Below are positions 29,545 through 47,108 of a stretch of DNA of 64,000 bases, one piece after another. The DNA lies in contig CP068257.2 in the NCBI GenBank assembly GCA_009914755.4, positions 8,000,001 through 8,064,000 on the forward strand, given 5' to 3'. How positions within the stretch are numbered: the stretch's first letter is position 1; each line of letters opens with the position of its first letter. The position numbers and the translations under genes are program-made. The notes under the pieces were generated by a model. That model worked only from the letters and a program-made list of their open reading frames with translations, had not been told where the DNA came from and did not search any database. Source of the DNA: the human T2T-CHM13v2.0 reference genome, Homo sapiens.

Positions 29545-29860
29545 ATATTTCAAAATGGCTATTGAGAAGGGCTGGAAATGCAAACTTAGCTGCAAAGCTG
29601 TCTTGGGGAGATTTGCACTGTTAGAGAATCTGCCTTGATGCAGCCAGGCTTTCTCTGAGTTCTGCCCCCTTGTCTGGATCTAGGAAAGGTTAACTGAGAG
29701 TCTGAGGTCTCCAAAGGTCTGAAAGAAACATTTTCTGTCCATTCTCTCTGAGGAATGCTCCCAGTGAGGTTCCACCTATGTAATAAGTCCACTGTTGCTA
29801 GCCAGGGTCGTTTTCTCACATAACCTTTTTTTATTTTCCCTGTGATCCAAGACCCCATTC
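29545..29860 (+). mobile_element. Unclassified old interspersed repeat copy A (LTR-like), paired with 32292-32610
   Basis: 29545-29860 and 32292-32610 align over about 300 bp at about 70-75% identity in the same orientation (atatttcaa.atggcta...gggagatttgca.t.gtagagaa.ctgc.ttgat..ag.caggctttc.ctgagtt...ccc.ttgtctgg.t.taggaaag.ttaactgag ... ggag..ctcc..gtga..tt.ca.c.atgtaa.aag.ccac..ctgct..cagg). Family not identified. Confidence 0.45.
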
Positions 29861-32001
29861 TTTCTGTAAACTTCATGTGGTAGATAAGCTTCTGCACGCA
29901 TCGTGTGTCTGGGTCTTCGTTCTAAGGGCTCCAGTGTACACACATTGCAGAAACCTGTATGCCTTTTCTACTATTTATCTGCCTCCTATTAGTGATTTTC
30001 AGGGAAACTTCAGAAGGCAAAAGGGATATTCTCCTTTAGCCCATACTCAGACAAAATCCCCCAACATTTAACTGATTCCTAATAGCTTAACATCACTTTG
30101 AAAAATCCATATATTTATAACCTTTTCTTCCCTCTATGATTTCTGGTCAGCTTGGGTTTTGTTTTTCATTCCATTTACTTCATCCTCAAAAAAAATCTAT
30201 TTTGCATCTATTTATTCTCATTTATGGACATGGAGAAAAGAAAATAACTTTCATGTGAGAAATGCAAGTCCTTTTAAATAATCAGGCCCAGAGAGACATT
30301 CAAATGAGACAGCAGTTCTGTCCTGCTCCTCTTTGAGCTGTGTGTTCATCTAGGCTGCTTGCTGTTGCCACAGTAGCTATAAATTAACCAATAACGCCAT
30401 ACCAGACACTATAATCCACACCAAATTATAGTGTAACAGTGTATAGCCAGTCACTAATAAATGTTATTTCCATAAGCCAATGAGAATTTGTGACAAACCT
30501 CTTTGCATCATCCCACTTCTGGACCCTTTTTTGCCTTTAAGAAACTGCTTGTTGCAAAGCTCCAAAGGGAGTTCATATCCAAGGATACTTGGGTCTGTTC
30601 CTTCCAGGCAGCTGTCCTCATTGTGGCTCAAGTAAACTCTTTGAATTACGTTTTGTGCTTCAGCCCCTTCCACTTAGATTAATAACATGGATTTGTGTCA
30701 CCATGTACAGCAATTAAAATGTTTACACTTTTCCCCTCGAGGGCGCTGATGTGTTTTCCTGAGCACTTGGAATAGCTACGTAGTGTTTACTGTCTAGATT
30801 ATGGTTTCTCAACCTTGGTGCTACTTACCTTTAGGACCAGAGGATTCTTTGTTGTGGGAGGCTGCCCTAGCAATGCTAGGTGTTTCGTTTGACCTCTAAA
30901 TTTCACACCTCCACCAGTCTTGACATCCCCACAATAACCCTAGACATTGACAAATGTCTCCTGGGGAAAACTCTCCACCAGTTGACAGCCAAAGTTCTGG
31001 AAATATTGGAATTGTCAATTGAGATTTTATGTTATCCAAAACAAATATTTTTCTTTGTTTTTAAACATCTACTTCCATCTACTTATCTACTTATTTTTAC
31101 TTTTATTTGTAACTTAATTCCATCAAGGAGAGAGAGTGCATTTTCTGTTATGCTAAATTTTTGAAGAATGTATTGATTTTTTCTGACCTGATATATGGAT
31201 GATATGTAGATATTACATGTTTGTATTATCAAATTTCAGGGCGATAATAAAATAAATACTTATAATATTTATATTGTCACTGTATATTAGTTATTTTCTT
31301 TCTTCACTACAGGAGTTTTTCAACCTATAGGCTATTTTTCAATTCTAGGTTATCCAGTAGATTTTGAAATGTTATGATTAAATATCTACTTCTCAAGCAT
31401 TCATCTTTGCAAATGAAACAATCCCAAGCTCTTATAATGCACATCATATAAAGGGCAGATTAGTCAATATATGGTTCAGAAATAATTATGTAATATTTAT
31501 AAGAAAATTAAAAATTTAGATCCTTAACTCAGATAACAATAATCCAAATTAAAATTTGATTTCATTACATAATTTTAAATGACACCAGAATACTAGTAAA
31601 AATGTAGATAAGTTTATATAATCTATTTTAGCTGTAGGACTTTATTAGCATAAATTCAAATACAGGAACCAAAGTAAGATTGTGACCTATAGTCAAAGGT
31701 TAAAATGTACACATTATAGGGGCATGATTAAACTAATTTAAAGCATAATAACATGGAGAAATATTGCAAAACATACATTTTACTGAATTAATTGTTAATA
31801 TCTAATCATTATGTCAGAACAAAATTAAAGAGTAGCTACACACGCACACACCCACACACAAGTGCAATATTGTCAAATAAACGATGTTCAGCTACACTAG
31901 AAATCACACCTGTGTTTTCTCCACAGAAAAGATTAAAAATCACAATAATATTTATTGTACATATGGAGGTAAAGATACTCAAAATATTACCCTAAAATAC
32001 A

Positions 32002-32286
<285 letters not shown>

Positions 32287-32291
32287 TTTTT

Positions 32292-32610
32292 GACATATTT
32301 CAAGATGGCTACTCGGAAGACTGGAGATAGCTTCTTCTACAAGAATAGCTGAAAAGCTGTGTTTGTTGGGGGAGATTTGCATTTGTAGAGAAAATCTGCA
32401 TTGATATAGACAGGCTTTCCCTGAGTTATTCCCTTGTCTGGGTTTAGGAAAGATTAACTGAGCCTGGCACGTTTACATTTCTAAAAACCATTTCCTATCT
32501 ATACTTCCCAAGAGGAGGGCTGCTCCCCGTGATGTTTCATCCATGTAACAAGACCACCTCTGCTGTCAGGCTCCTCTTTCTTCCTTGTCATCACCTGTCT
32601 TCCGCAAAGC
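32292..32610 (+). mobile_element. Unclassified old interspersed repeat copy B (LTR-like); an Alu is inserted exactly at its 5' edge
   Basis: See copy A. Copy B starts immediately after the Alu that ends at 32286. Confidence 0.45.
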
Positions 32611-35600
32611 CTGGTTTACCAACCTACAGCTCTGTGTTTTCTGTAACCTCAAGACAGCATAGGCGTGTTGACTACCTTGCCTTTCCTGGAGTTTTTATAT
32701 ATATAGCATATATTTGTATATCTATTTATAATATACAAATATTTGTATAGATATATTTATATATATATTACGTAAACTCCAAGTGCCTACTTGCGCACAT
32801 ATCTGTAAACCTTTTTTTCCTGTTAATTTGTACATTATCAGTTTGTTTTATAGACTGAAATAATTAAAGCTTCAAGGGAAAAATTTAAACTTTCCTATAG
32901 AGAAAAGACAAATATATAGGTGACAAATAATATTTAGAGTGTAAGACGCTTTTTAAAGGTGTATTTGCAATTTGTGTCATAACATTTAAATATACATTTA
33001 TTATTTTAACTATAAAATTTCAAATAATTTAAGCCAAATACATAGTATATGCAGAAAATTTAGCAATATATCTATGTAGCACCTTACTGTGCATTACTGT
33101 AACCAGCTGTCTAATATAAAGAATTAATTAAGGTAGCAGCTACTTTTCAAATAGCGCATTTTTTTCACAGACATATAAATAAGACAAATAACATTAAACT
33201 TTATTTTTAAATTTGCAGAATAGTGGTTTTCAGCAGATGGTTTATTTTAGCAAATTCCATCTTCACATTGTGCTATGCTTTTAAGAGTTCCCGCTGTTAA
33301 CGGATAATATTTTACTGCTGAAACTATCATGTTGTGATATAATTGCTCATTATGGGCCTTAAAACACAAGCAATATAATTATTTTCAACTTGGAGCAAAT
33401 TAAAATCTCATCGCAATTTAAAAACTCTAGAGTCTTCTTCTTCTGGTTATTTTAAACTTGTATTTTTCTCTTTATGTTTTTAGTGAGTTGTCTTATCAAG
33501 GAGAAGAACTCCAGCTGATTATTCTTTTTTTTCTCTTCCATCCACCTCGCAGGTGTGTTAATAATTTCATTTCTCAGAAAATGTTCTTTCATATCCATCT
33601 TACAAGATGAGAGACCTTTTAACATCTTCCATTCGGATGTGATACGAGTAATGGAAAATATTCCAGCTTCATGAATATGGTGATACAAATAGTTATCCGT
33701 CTAACCTCTTTCAGTGCCAAATGTTTACTTGACTCAGTGAATTACTCAGTTGACTGGTAATTTCTTCTGAAATCACTAATGAGAGGATCAGAGGTCTGGC
33801 TGTTGTCTGTACCTCATGTGACTCCCAGTGCAGACAATTGTTTCTATGGAGCACAGACAGTTGAAAGGATTGACTTCCTGCCTAGAATAGTTTCTGCTGT
33901 GCTTCTTATCCTTCTTGTGGAGATTTCAGATTGTCTGAATTGCTTTTCTTTCTTAAGAAAAAACGCAACAATTCTCCCACCTGAGAGGAATGTAAACTGT
34001 AGAAAGTTAGCAGAACCAATCCGTAAAGCTTTTACATTGTTTTTTGCAAAATGCAGCGCTGGTGTCTCCATCACTAACCTTTTCTATCCCTCGTTGCTCT
34101 TTCTATGACTGCAATAGGATACCTTTAGGCAAATCTGTATTCCCGAGACAGAGTGCCCTTTTGGTGAGCTATAAGCACACTCAATGGTAGGCTGAAATAC
34201 TAGCTTTTATCTATGGCGAAATGGAATCATATCAGTGATTTTTTTTAAAAAGGAAATTTAACTCTTGCTATGGTTTGAATGCTTGCCCCTTCCAATCTCA
34301 TGTTAAAATTTGATCCCCAATGTCGCAGGTGGGGCTTACTGGGAGGTGTTTGGTCATGGGGTTGGACCTTCATGAATGGATAATACCCTCCCTTAGAAAT
34401 CTAAAGTTATCTTCCCTCCTCGGTGCCCTCAGGAATGAGTGTACCATTCTTTATTCACCTATAATTCCCCCACCCATCCTTTTTGAGATGTTAATTACAT
34501 GTATGTTACACTGCTGCATATTGTCTGATGTATCAGTGAGTTTCTGGCTTTCTTATTTTAGTTTACCCTTTGTCCTTTAGTTTGTAAAGCTTCTATTTTT
34601 TTTCTATAAATTTTCTGATGTTAGGGTAAAATCCATTACTTATTCCATCTCATGGAATTTTTATTTCAAATATTTATTTTTCATCTATACGTGTCACATT
34701 TTTCATTTTATAACTTCTATTTTTCTCCTATGTTCAATTTTCATTTAAGTACATTGACATATATATGTATTTATCTGTATGTATTCATAAAATATATTTA
34801 CTTTAAGGACCTTGAAATTTCCTTCTTTTCTGTCATTTATAAATGACTTATTTTTATCCTGTTAATATATATCTTAATTATATATATCTTACGGCTTCTT
34901 TGCATGTCAGAGTTTTTTTTTGGGGGGGGTATTTTGATGTTATGCTATTGAATATCTAGATTTTATTGGCTACCTTTGAACAATGTTGTGGCAGGCAGTT
35001 CAGTAACTTCAGGATGAGTATTTGTCTGTTGTTGTTTTAAATCTTCTCTTTAAACTTTGTGGAGTTAGTCTAGAGCCATCTGTAACTTGGAGCTAAATGA
35101 GCACTGTCACTAGGGTATGAACCTCCAGTGGTCTTTACTGAATATCCTGGAGGTGCAGAGGGGATTCCCTTCTCTGGCTGGTCAGAGCTAACGTGTCTTC
35201 CTGTCATGTGATTCCAGAGAAGTGTTCTTCTTCCAACTCCCTGGTAGTGTCCTTTGCTGAGCTCCTTAGAATTTCATCCTATGTACATTTGGCTTAGGGA
35301 CTTGAGAGAATCCTTAGGCTGATTCTTGGTTCCTTTTTCTGTAAACGTTCTCTTCTACTACACATTCCAGCTGCTTAACCTTTTTTGATTTTTATCTGGT
35401 TCCTCAGTGCAATGACAACGTCTGCTCTCTCTGTGATTCCTCTCTACTGCTGTCACGGAGAATCTGGGAATAAAGCAGGACTCATTCTGGCTCCTTCTCT
35501 TCTCTTGCTGAGCACAGTCCTGTGCTGCCTGATGTTCAGTACTTCAAAAAAATGTTTCATATATTTTGTTCAGTTTACTATTCTTTAACTCTAAAAGAGT

Positions 35601-36984
35601 AACTCCAGTTCCAGTTACAGCATCATGTTCTGTAACTCTACTCCTTGTTGCTTCATTCTGCCATTGTCTGGTATGATCGCCCCTTTCCCTTCTGTAATCA
35701 GGCCAAGAGCATAATATAATACTAGTTATAACTGCACAGGTTGCCTCCGTTGTGTAAAAAAATCACTGAGACTTAACTGTGTCCAACTTTTAAAATGTGA
35801 ATATAAGTACAACTAAAGCTATATTTTGGTTAATATTTGCATTGCATGCTTTTCCATTATTTACTTTCAACATATGTGAAATATGAATATAAATTATAAA
35901 AACTTTAAGAGAGTCCATTTAAAAAATCTGGTCTGGTTATGTTTTACCTGGTTTAATACAACGTTCATTCTTGAATTCAGGGTCTAATATAATTGGTACA
36001 TTTGTCTATTTGCAAAAAAAAAAAACCTTGACAATATTTTAAAATTAATTTATCCAACTCACAACTTATATGCTTCTGCCGTTGTATGGAAGATACATTT
36101 TAAACTTTATGTGATAGCATCCTGTTATACAGTCGATATCCAATTAAATTTCTCTCTATGTTTATTTCTTTCATTAAAAAATTGTTCTTCTAACTGCAAA
36201 CTTTCATCAGGGATCATGGCTCTTCTATCTGAAGAATAATCTTCAGTATTTCTTTTCCTGTGGGACTGCTTGGGAGAAATTCTTTATTGTATCTTTGCTT
36301 TTGATGGATATGTCCACCAAATAGACAGTTCTAGGTCAGCACTTATTTTATTTCAGGACTTGAAAGATATCAATACCTCACTTGTTGGCTTTCGTTGTTT
36401 CATTTGAGAAAGTTGTTATCAGTCAACTCTTTCTCTTTGTAGTTACCCCAATTTTTTTATCAAGTGCTCTTTACATTTTTCTTTTACTTTTCAGAAATTG
36501 TACCATTATGTTTCTAGATGTGTCCTCTGTGTGTGTTTTCCTTTGCTTTGAAAAGCCTCCTGAACCTGTGGTTTAATATTATTGGTCAATTTTGATAAAA
36601 CCTCTAACATTGTCACTTAAAATGTTGTTCAGAGAAGCTGTTTTCTCCTTCTTAGATTTCAACGTGTTAGATTATTACTCTATCCTTCTTATTTTTTAAA
36701 TGACCTTACTCTACAATTTTTTTAGTTGGTTAATCTGTATTAGTGTATATTTTGTTATTTTATTCTATTTTATTTTATTATTATACCTTAAGTTTTAGGA
36801 TACATGTGCACCATGTGCAGGTTTGTAACATAAGTGTTCATGTGCCATGTTGGTGTGCTGCACTCATTAACTCGTCATTTAGCATTAGTTATATCTCTTA
36901 ATGCTATCCCTCCCCACTCCCCCCACCCCACAACAGTCCCTGGTGTGTGATGTTCCCCTTCCTGTGTCCATGTGTTCTCATTGT

Positions 36985-40803
<3,819 letters not shown>

Positions 40804-40866
40804 TATGATGTTAGCTGGTTATTTTGCTTGTTAGTTGATGCAGTTTCTTCCTAGTCTCGATGGTCT

Positions 40867-41364
40867 TCACAATTTGGCATGTTTTTGCAGTGGCTGGTAC
40901 CAGTTGTCCTTTTCCATGTTTAGTGCTTCCTTCAGGAGCACTTTTAGGGCAGGCCTGGTGGTGATAAAATCTCTCAGCATTTGCTTGTCTGTAAAGTATT
41001 TTATTTCTCCTTCACTTATGAAGCTTAGTTTGGCTGGATATGAAATTCTGGGTTGAAAATTCTTTTCTTTAAGAATGTTGAATATTGGCCCCCAATCTCT
41101 TCTGGCTTGAAGAATTTCTGCCGAGAGATCAGCTGTTAGTCTGATGGGCTTCCCTTTGTGGGTAACCCGACCTTTCTCTCTGGCTGCCCTTAACATTTTT
41201 TCCTTCATTTCAACTTTGGTGAATTTGACAATTATGTGTCTTGGAGTTTCTCTTATTGAGGAGTATCTTTGTGGCGTTCTCTGTGTTTCCTGAATCTGAA
41301 TGTTGGCCTGCCTTGCTAGATTGGGGAAGTCCTCCTGGATAATATCTTGCAGAGTGTTTTCCAA
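40867..41364 (-). pseudogene. L1 ORF1 C-terminal remnant (165 aa); N-terminal half disrupted
   Basis: MENTLQDIIQEDFPNLARQANIQIQETQRTPQRYSSIRETPRHIIVKFTKVEMKEKMLRAAREKGRVTHKGKPIRLTADLSAEILQARRDWGPIFNILKEKNFQPRISYPAKLSFISEGEIKYFTDKQMLRDF... matches the L1 ORF1p C-terminal domain. Full ORF1p is about 338 aa. Confidence 0.9.
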
Positions 41365-42907
41365 CTTAGTTCCATTCTCCCCATCACTTTCAGGTACACC
41401 AATCAGACGTAGGTTTCATCTTTTCACATAGTCCCATATTTCTTGGAGGCTTTGTTCGTTTCTTTTTATTCTTTTTTCTCTAAACTTCCCTTCTCCCTTC
41501 ATTTAATTCATTTCATCTTCCATCACTGATACTCTTTCTTCCAGTTGATTGCATCGGCTCCTGAGGCTTCTGCCTTCTTCACGTAGTTCTCGAAACTTGG
41601 CTTTCAGCTCCATCAGATACTTTAAGCATTTCTCTGCATTGATTATTCCAGTTATACATTCGTCTAATTGTTTTTCAAAGTTTTTAACTTCTTTGCTATT
41701 GGTTTGAATTTCCTCCTGTAGCTTGCAGTAGTTTGATCATCTGAAGCCTCCTTCTCTCAAATCGTCAAAGTTATTCTCTGTCCAGTTTTATTCCATTGCT
41801 GTTGAGGAACTGCGTTCCTTTGGAGAAGGAGAGGCACTCTGCTTTTTAGAGTTTCCAGTTTTTCTGCTCTGTTTTCTCCCCATCTTTGTGGTTTTATCAA
41901 CTTTTGGTCTTTGATGATGGTGATGTACAGATGGGTTTTTGGTGTGGGTGTTCTGTTTGTTAGTTTTCCTTCTAACAGACAGGACCCTCAGCTGCAGGTC
42001 TGTTGGAGTTTGCTAGAGGTCCACGCCGGACCCTGTTTGCCTGGGTATCAGCAGCAGTGGCTGCAGAACAGCGGATTTTCGTGAACAACAAATTCAGCTG
42101 TCTGATCATTCCTCTGGAAGTTTGGTCTCAGAGGACTACCCGGTCGAGTGAGGTGTCAGTCTGTCCCTACAGGGGAGTGCCTCCCAGTTAGGCTGCTCGG
42201 GGTTCAGTGACCCACTTTAGGAGGCAGTCTGCCCAGTCTCAGATCTCCAGTTGCGTGTTGGGAGAACCACTACTCTCTTCAAAGCTGTCAGATAGGGACA
42301 TTTAATCTGCAGAGGTTACTGCTGACTTTTTGTTTGTCTGTGCCCTGCCCCCAGAGGTGGAGCCTACAGAGGCAGACAGGCCTCCTGGAGCTGTGGTGGG
42401 CTCCACCCAGTTCCAGCTGCCTGGCTGCTTTGTTTACCTAAGAAAGCCTGGGCAATGGCGGGCCCCACTGCCCCAGCCTCGCTGCCGCCTTGCAGTTTGA
42501 TCTCAGAGTGCCATGCTAGCAATCAGCAAGTCTCCATTGGCATAAGACCCTCCAAGACAGGTGCAGGACACAATCTCCTGGTGTGCCGTTTTCCAAGCCT
42601 GTTGGAAAAGTGCAGTATTAGGGTGAGAGTGACCCGATTTTCCAGGTGCCATCTGTCACCCCTTTCTTTGACTAGGAAAGGGAACTCCCTGACCCCTTGT
42701 GCTTCCTGAGTGAGGCAATGCCTCGCCCAGCTTCGGCTCCCACACGGTGGGCTATACCCACTGTCCTGCACCCACTGTTTGGCACTCCCTTAGTGAGATG
42801 AACCTGGTACCTTAGATGGAAATGCAGAAATCACCCGTCTTCTGTGTCACTCACGCTGGGAGCTGTAGACCGGAGCTGTTCCTGTTCGGCCATCTTGGCT
42901 CCACCCC

Positions 42908-43258
42908 TCATTTCATTATTTCATCATTTCACTTCATTTCATCATTTCATTTCATCATTTCATACCATTTCTTCATTTCATCATTTCGTTTCATTTCACC
43001 ATTTCACTTCATCATTTCATTTCAGCATTTCATTTCATTTCCTCATTTCATTCCACCATTTCATTTCATCATTTCATTTCATCTCATCATTTCATTTCAT
43101 CATTTCATTTCAGCATTTCATTTCATCATTTCACCATTTCACTTTATCTCATCATTTCATTTCATTTCATCATTTTATCATTTCATTTCATTTCATCATT
43201 TCATTTCATCATTTCATTTCATTTCATGTCATCATTTCATCATTTCATTTCATTTCAG
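42908..43258. repeat. Satellite-like simple repeat (CATTT)n/(CAT) [= (AAATG)n on minus], about 350 bp, directly abutting the L1 5' end
   Basis: tcatttcattatttcatcatttcacttcatttcatcatttcatttcatcatttcat..., read directly. It explains the S/F/H/I-rich 152/145-aa ORFs. Confidence 0.9.
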
Positions 43259-44159
43259 TGATACATGTATTTAAGTACTAATGTGATGCCCAGGAGACAC
43301 CCTATTTCCCTTTGTAAAACACCTCCTTCAACAAAAGTCAACCTCTCATGGCTGGCTAAGTCTACAGGGATACCAGCCTCTCTTCAACCACCCAATTTGA
43401 TTCAGAACCTCAAACAGCACCTCAGTTTCATAAAAACCTAAAACATAAACACAACACTTGGTTGTAAGTGAGCCAACAGTTTCTTGTCTCTTTCTCCACT
43501 CAAGGCTTAAGGCCGTGTCTACCCAACTATGTTCAGTGGAAGAAAAGATCCCCTGGACGAATAAGTTTGAGAACTGTTTTTGCAGGACTTCTCAGAACCT
43601 TTAAAACACAAATAGTCATCCGCAGGGATCTTCAGGAGGGAGATGGCTGATGCACAACAAATTTCTTTCACAGGAGTATCTTACAGAATACAGTATGAGA
43701 CGCAGAAATGCTGCATTGAGTCTTTTTAAGGGCCCGGGCCTTTGTGGCATTGGGGTAGGAGCTGTCCAGATAGCATCTAATGAGTAGGAACATTCAGGTT
43801 GCTTTTTTTTTCCTTACTGGCAAAACTGTGTGTGCATCATGAATGAAGCCAGTCTCCCTTATCCATATCAAAACTAAACCCAAATTAATTGGCTAAATTG
43901 GCACTCAACATCTCCAGGAGCCATGCGGAAGAAAGCCCCACCACACTTTAAAGTAGCTTACCTCATATTTGATGAAAGCAAAACACTTATGACCAGTGTG
44001 CTGCTAATACAAGTCAACAGATAATGCTGTATGAAAAATTATTTTTCCCAATTATAGCTAGCATAGTCCACATTTTGCATTACACTTTCCCCCCTTTTTT
44101 AAAATTTTAAACACAGGTCCTTTTCTCTCCTTTTTTTAAATTTTAATTTAATTATACAA

Positions 44160-44277
44160 GACGGAGTCTCAGTATGTTGCCCAGGCTGGTCTTCAACTCC
44201 TGAGATCAAGCGATACATCCGTCTCCGCCTCCCAAAGTGCTGAGATTACAGGCCTGAGACACTGTGCCTGGCCTTAA
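44160..44277 (-). mobile_element. Partial Alu (left-monomer/FLAM-like fragment), antisense
   Basis: gacggagtctcagtatgttgcccaggctggtcttcaactcctgagatcaagcgatacatccgtctccgcctcccaaagtgctgagattacaggcctgagacactgtgcctggcc. Confidence 0.75.
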
Positions 44278-44950
44278 ACACAAATCTTAATTCATTCTTA
44301 CAATTATCCTGAGGTTAGAAAAATGGAAGGCGAAGAAAAATGGCAACATTATTTGGAAGGCTGACTTCGGCTACATTATTTGGAAGGACAGTTTGCTCGG
44401 TTAAAACACACTACTGCCCACAAAGGCCAAGACAACAGAAAAATACAGACATATAAATAGATTTTATATGTGACAGCAGTTTGAATGGAGACTTTTTCAA
44501 TGCAAATGACAAACAGCTGTCCTTGGGAATAAATGACAACGAATTTTTTTTATCTCAACAGCTGTCCTGAGAGCATGTCTCTACATCTCTACCTGCATTC
44601 TGGAATCAGGGAGAAAGCCAAAACGGACGACAAGACACTAGATCAGCTGTGTCCAACCCTTTGACTACAAGGACTTTTCCGCCTATCTGTGGTGGTGGGT
44701 ATCAGAAAATTATGCAAAAACCTTTTTTTTTTTAAGCTCATAAGCTATTGTTAGCAGTAGTGTATTTTATGTGTGGCCCAGGAGCATTCTTCTTCCAATG
44801 TGGCCCTGAAAAACCAAAAGACTGGACACCTGTGCACTAGATCAAAAGGCTACTCCTTCTGGAAGCAATTGTAAAGAATTTCTGACATTATCTTGACATG
44901 AAAACCAATGGATAGTGGGACAGAATGAAAAATCTTCAAGAATTTTTCTT

Positions 44951-45223
44951 GTTTTTTTTTTTTTTTTTTTTTTTTTGAGTCAAGGTGTTGCTCTGTGGCT
45001 CAGGCTGGAATACACTGGTGAGATCACAGATCAGTGCAGGCTCAAGTGCTCCTCCCGCCTCAGCCACAGTAGTAGCTAGGACTACAGATGTGCACAACCA
45101 CTCCTGGCTAAAATTTTATTTTTTGTAGACGTAGGATCTCACTATATTGTCCAGGTTGGTCTCAAACTCCTTGACTCAAGGGATCCAGGACAGGATAACA
45201 GGCATGAGTCACCACACCTGGCT
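44951..45223 (-). mobile_element. Alu SINE (minus) with 27-nt poly-T (its poly-A tail)
   Basis: tttttttttttttttttttttttttttgagtcaaggtgttgctctgtggctcaggctggaatacactggtgagatcacag...aggcatgagtcaccacacctggct. Confidence 0.85.
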
Positions 45224-45619
45224 ATGTGCATGAACTTTTAAGACAAATACAAGGCTCCACAAAAGTTAAGGTTTTCCCACCTAATTTCCAGGGGATCTTT
45301 TGGTGCAAGGATGAGAAACCCTTAAAAGTACACAGACAACTCCAAAGATTCAAGAGAGTTCATTTGGGCTGAGCCAGCCCACTGGGCAGACTGACCTTCA
45401 AACAAGGCCCACCCATGACATACACCAGATGGCTCTCCAAGAATCTCTCCAGTTCTCAGGGTCGCTAAGGTACTGGACAGAGCTAGGAAAGCAAACCCAT
45501 TTGCTTCTTCCTGCACGAACCCCCTTGAGGTCAAGAACCCACAATCAGATGAGGATGGAGTAGCTCACCCTCAGTCAACAGTCCAGACTCAAGGTGGTAT
45601 AATGTCTTAACCAAGGGTG

Positions 45620-45745
45620 TGGGACTCCAGGTCTGAATCCCAACTCAGTTCTCCTTTGATAACCACACTTTGTTAATTTTCCTTAACAGGGGTTCCTGGC
45701 AAGTCATTTCTCCCTCAGGCCTTCGGTTTCCTCACCTACAACATG
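45620..45745 (+). mobile_element. MIR (mammalian-wide interspersed repeat) fragment
   Basis: ggactccaggtctgaatcccaactcagttctcc...ggcaagtcatttctccctcaggccttcggtttcctcacctacaacatgagaagg resembles the MIR core (gactctggagccagactgcctgggttcgaatcc...gggcaagttacttaacctctctgtgcctcagtttcctcatctgtaaaatgggg). Confidence 0.65.
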
Positions 45746-45759
45746 AGAAGGCTGCACCA

Positions 45760-46440
45760 GATGGAAATTCAGGGCATAAGGGGACGTCCGCGCACAGCCC
45801 ACCCCGCCCACGGGCCCCTCGAGCCTCCATCACAGTTCCCAACACACACCCGCCCCACAAATCCTGCCCAAGGTGAGGGCTGGTCCCCGGTCCTCCGGCT
45901 GCTGCATCAGCGAGTGCAGGAGGGAGGAGAAGCCTCCAAGGGAGCGACGCGGGCTCAAGGATGCAACTCGGCCAGGAGTGAACTGGGGCCTCGAGGGAGA
46001 TGTCCAGTCCGGTGCTGGAGCCCAACCCTGGTCCCCGACCCCGTTACCTCCATGGTCCTTATCTTCTGCTGGGTGAGGTCCTTGGACACAGCGCACTTGG
46101 TGCGCAGCCCGCGCAGGCTGCCAACGGAGATGCGGATGAGCTTCTGGAGCTGCCCGCACTGCCGCAGCGCCTGGCTGGCCGCGACTCCTGCGCCTCCCTC
46201 CGCGATAGCCCTGTTACCCCCGCCACCGTCCTCCTTCCTCTCTCCCATCGGGGCCGAGCGCAGCGCTGCTCTATGCATGCTGCAGCGGCCCAGGAGCGGA
46301 GCCTAAGGCGTGGGTGTCTAGGCAAGGAACCCCCAAACCGGGAGAGCTGGACCAGGAGCGACCCTCGGCACTGCCTTAGCCAGGACGCCAGTAGATCTGG
46401 CAGCCGAATCTGCCGATCCCGCCCTCAGACCCGCGGCGGT
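45760..46440. promoter_or_regulatory. CpG island (about 680 bp, GC-rich and CpG-dense) with a GC-box-like element; probable promoter
   Basis: A sharp shift from AT-rich flanks to cgcgcacagcccaccccgcccacgggcccctcgagcc...gcgcagcccgcgcagg...ccgcagcgcctggctggccgcgactcctgcgcc...ggccgagcgcagcgctgc... with many CpGs. A gggcgg motif (minus strand) is at about 46405-46420. Confidence 0.75.
46048..46278 (-). CDS. Candidate first coding exon (77 codons from ATG to a GT splice donor) of an unidentified gene; product unknown
   Basis: The minus-strand ATG at 46278 (context gcagcATGc, A at -3) opens [77 protein letters not shown]. The frame is followed directly by GTAACG (minus; plus 46042-46047), a plausible 5' splice site (GAG|GTAACG). 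It lies inside the CpG island. I do not recognise the protein. Confidence 0.35.
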
Positions 46441-47108
46441 AGGGGCAAAAAGCTGCGACGGCGGGGTTAAAAAGCCGCAGCGGTAAAAACCTGCGGCGGC
46501 GGGAGTAAAAAGCCGCGTCGACAAAAAGCCGTGGCGGCGGGGAAAAAGCCGCGGTGGTGGGGGCAAAAAGCCGCGGCGGCGGGGGCAAAAAACCACAAAA
46601 AGCCGCGGCGGCGGGCGCAAAAAGCCGCAACGGTGGGGGCAAAAATCCGGGGCGGTGGGGGAAAAAGCCGGGGCGACGGGGGCAAAAAGCTGCGGTGACG
46701 GGGGCAAAAAGCCGTAAAAAGCCGCAGCGTCGGGGGCAAAAAGCAGCAAAAAGCCTGGGCGGCGGGGGCAAGAAGCTGCGGCGGGAAAAACCTGGGGCGG
46801 CGGGGGCTAAAAGCCGTAAAAAGCCGCGGCGCCGGGGGCCAAAAGCCATAAAAAGCCGCGGCGGCGGTGGCAAAAAGCCGCGGCTGAAAAAGTCGCGGTG
46901 GCGGGGCCAAAAAGCCGCGGCGGCGAGGGGAGAAAGACGCAAAAAGCTTCAGCGGCAAAAAGCCGCGGCGGCGAGGGCAAAGAGCCCCAAAATGCCGCGG
47001 CGGCAGGGGCTAAATTCCGCGAGGCTGGGGGCAGAAAGACGTAAAAACCCGCAGCGGCGGCAGGAAAAATCCACGGCGGCAAAAAGCCGCGTCGGCGGGG
47101 GCAAAATA
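46431..47108 (+). repeat. CpG-dense GC-rich 22-bp minisatellite (same family as 12789-14515), about 30 units (copy 2)
   Basis: ggggcaaaaagctgcgacggcggggttaaaaagccgcagcggtaaaaacctgcggcggcgggagtaaaaagccgcg...gcaaaaagccgcggcggcgggggcaaaaaaccacaaaaagccgcggcggcggg..., read directly. The stop-free frames on both strands (188/163/189-aa ORFs) are artefacts. Confidence 0.9.

Noticed and set aside
42816-43281. 152-aa and 145-aa plus ORFs (FHFIISSFHF...)
   Set aside because: They are translations of the (CATTT)n-like simple repeat adjacent to the L1 5' end.
45743-46470. Plus-strand ORFs of 187 aa (45743-46306), 156 aa (46000-46470) and 67 aa in the CpG island
   Set aside because: High GC content alone yields long stop-free frames. 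These have no splice-site or Kozak support that I can see, and their composition is P/R/G/A-rich. I favour the minus-strand ATG-to-GT exon as the better, though still tentative, candidate.
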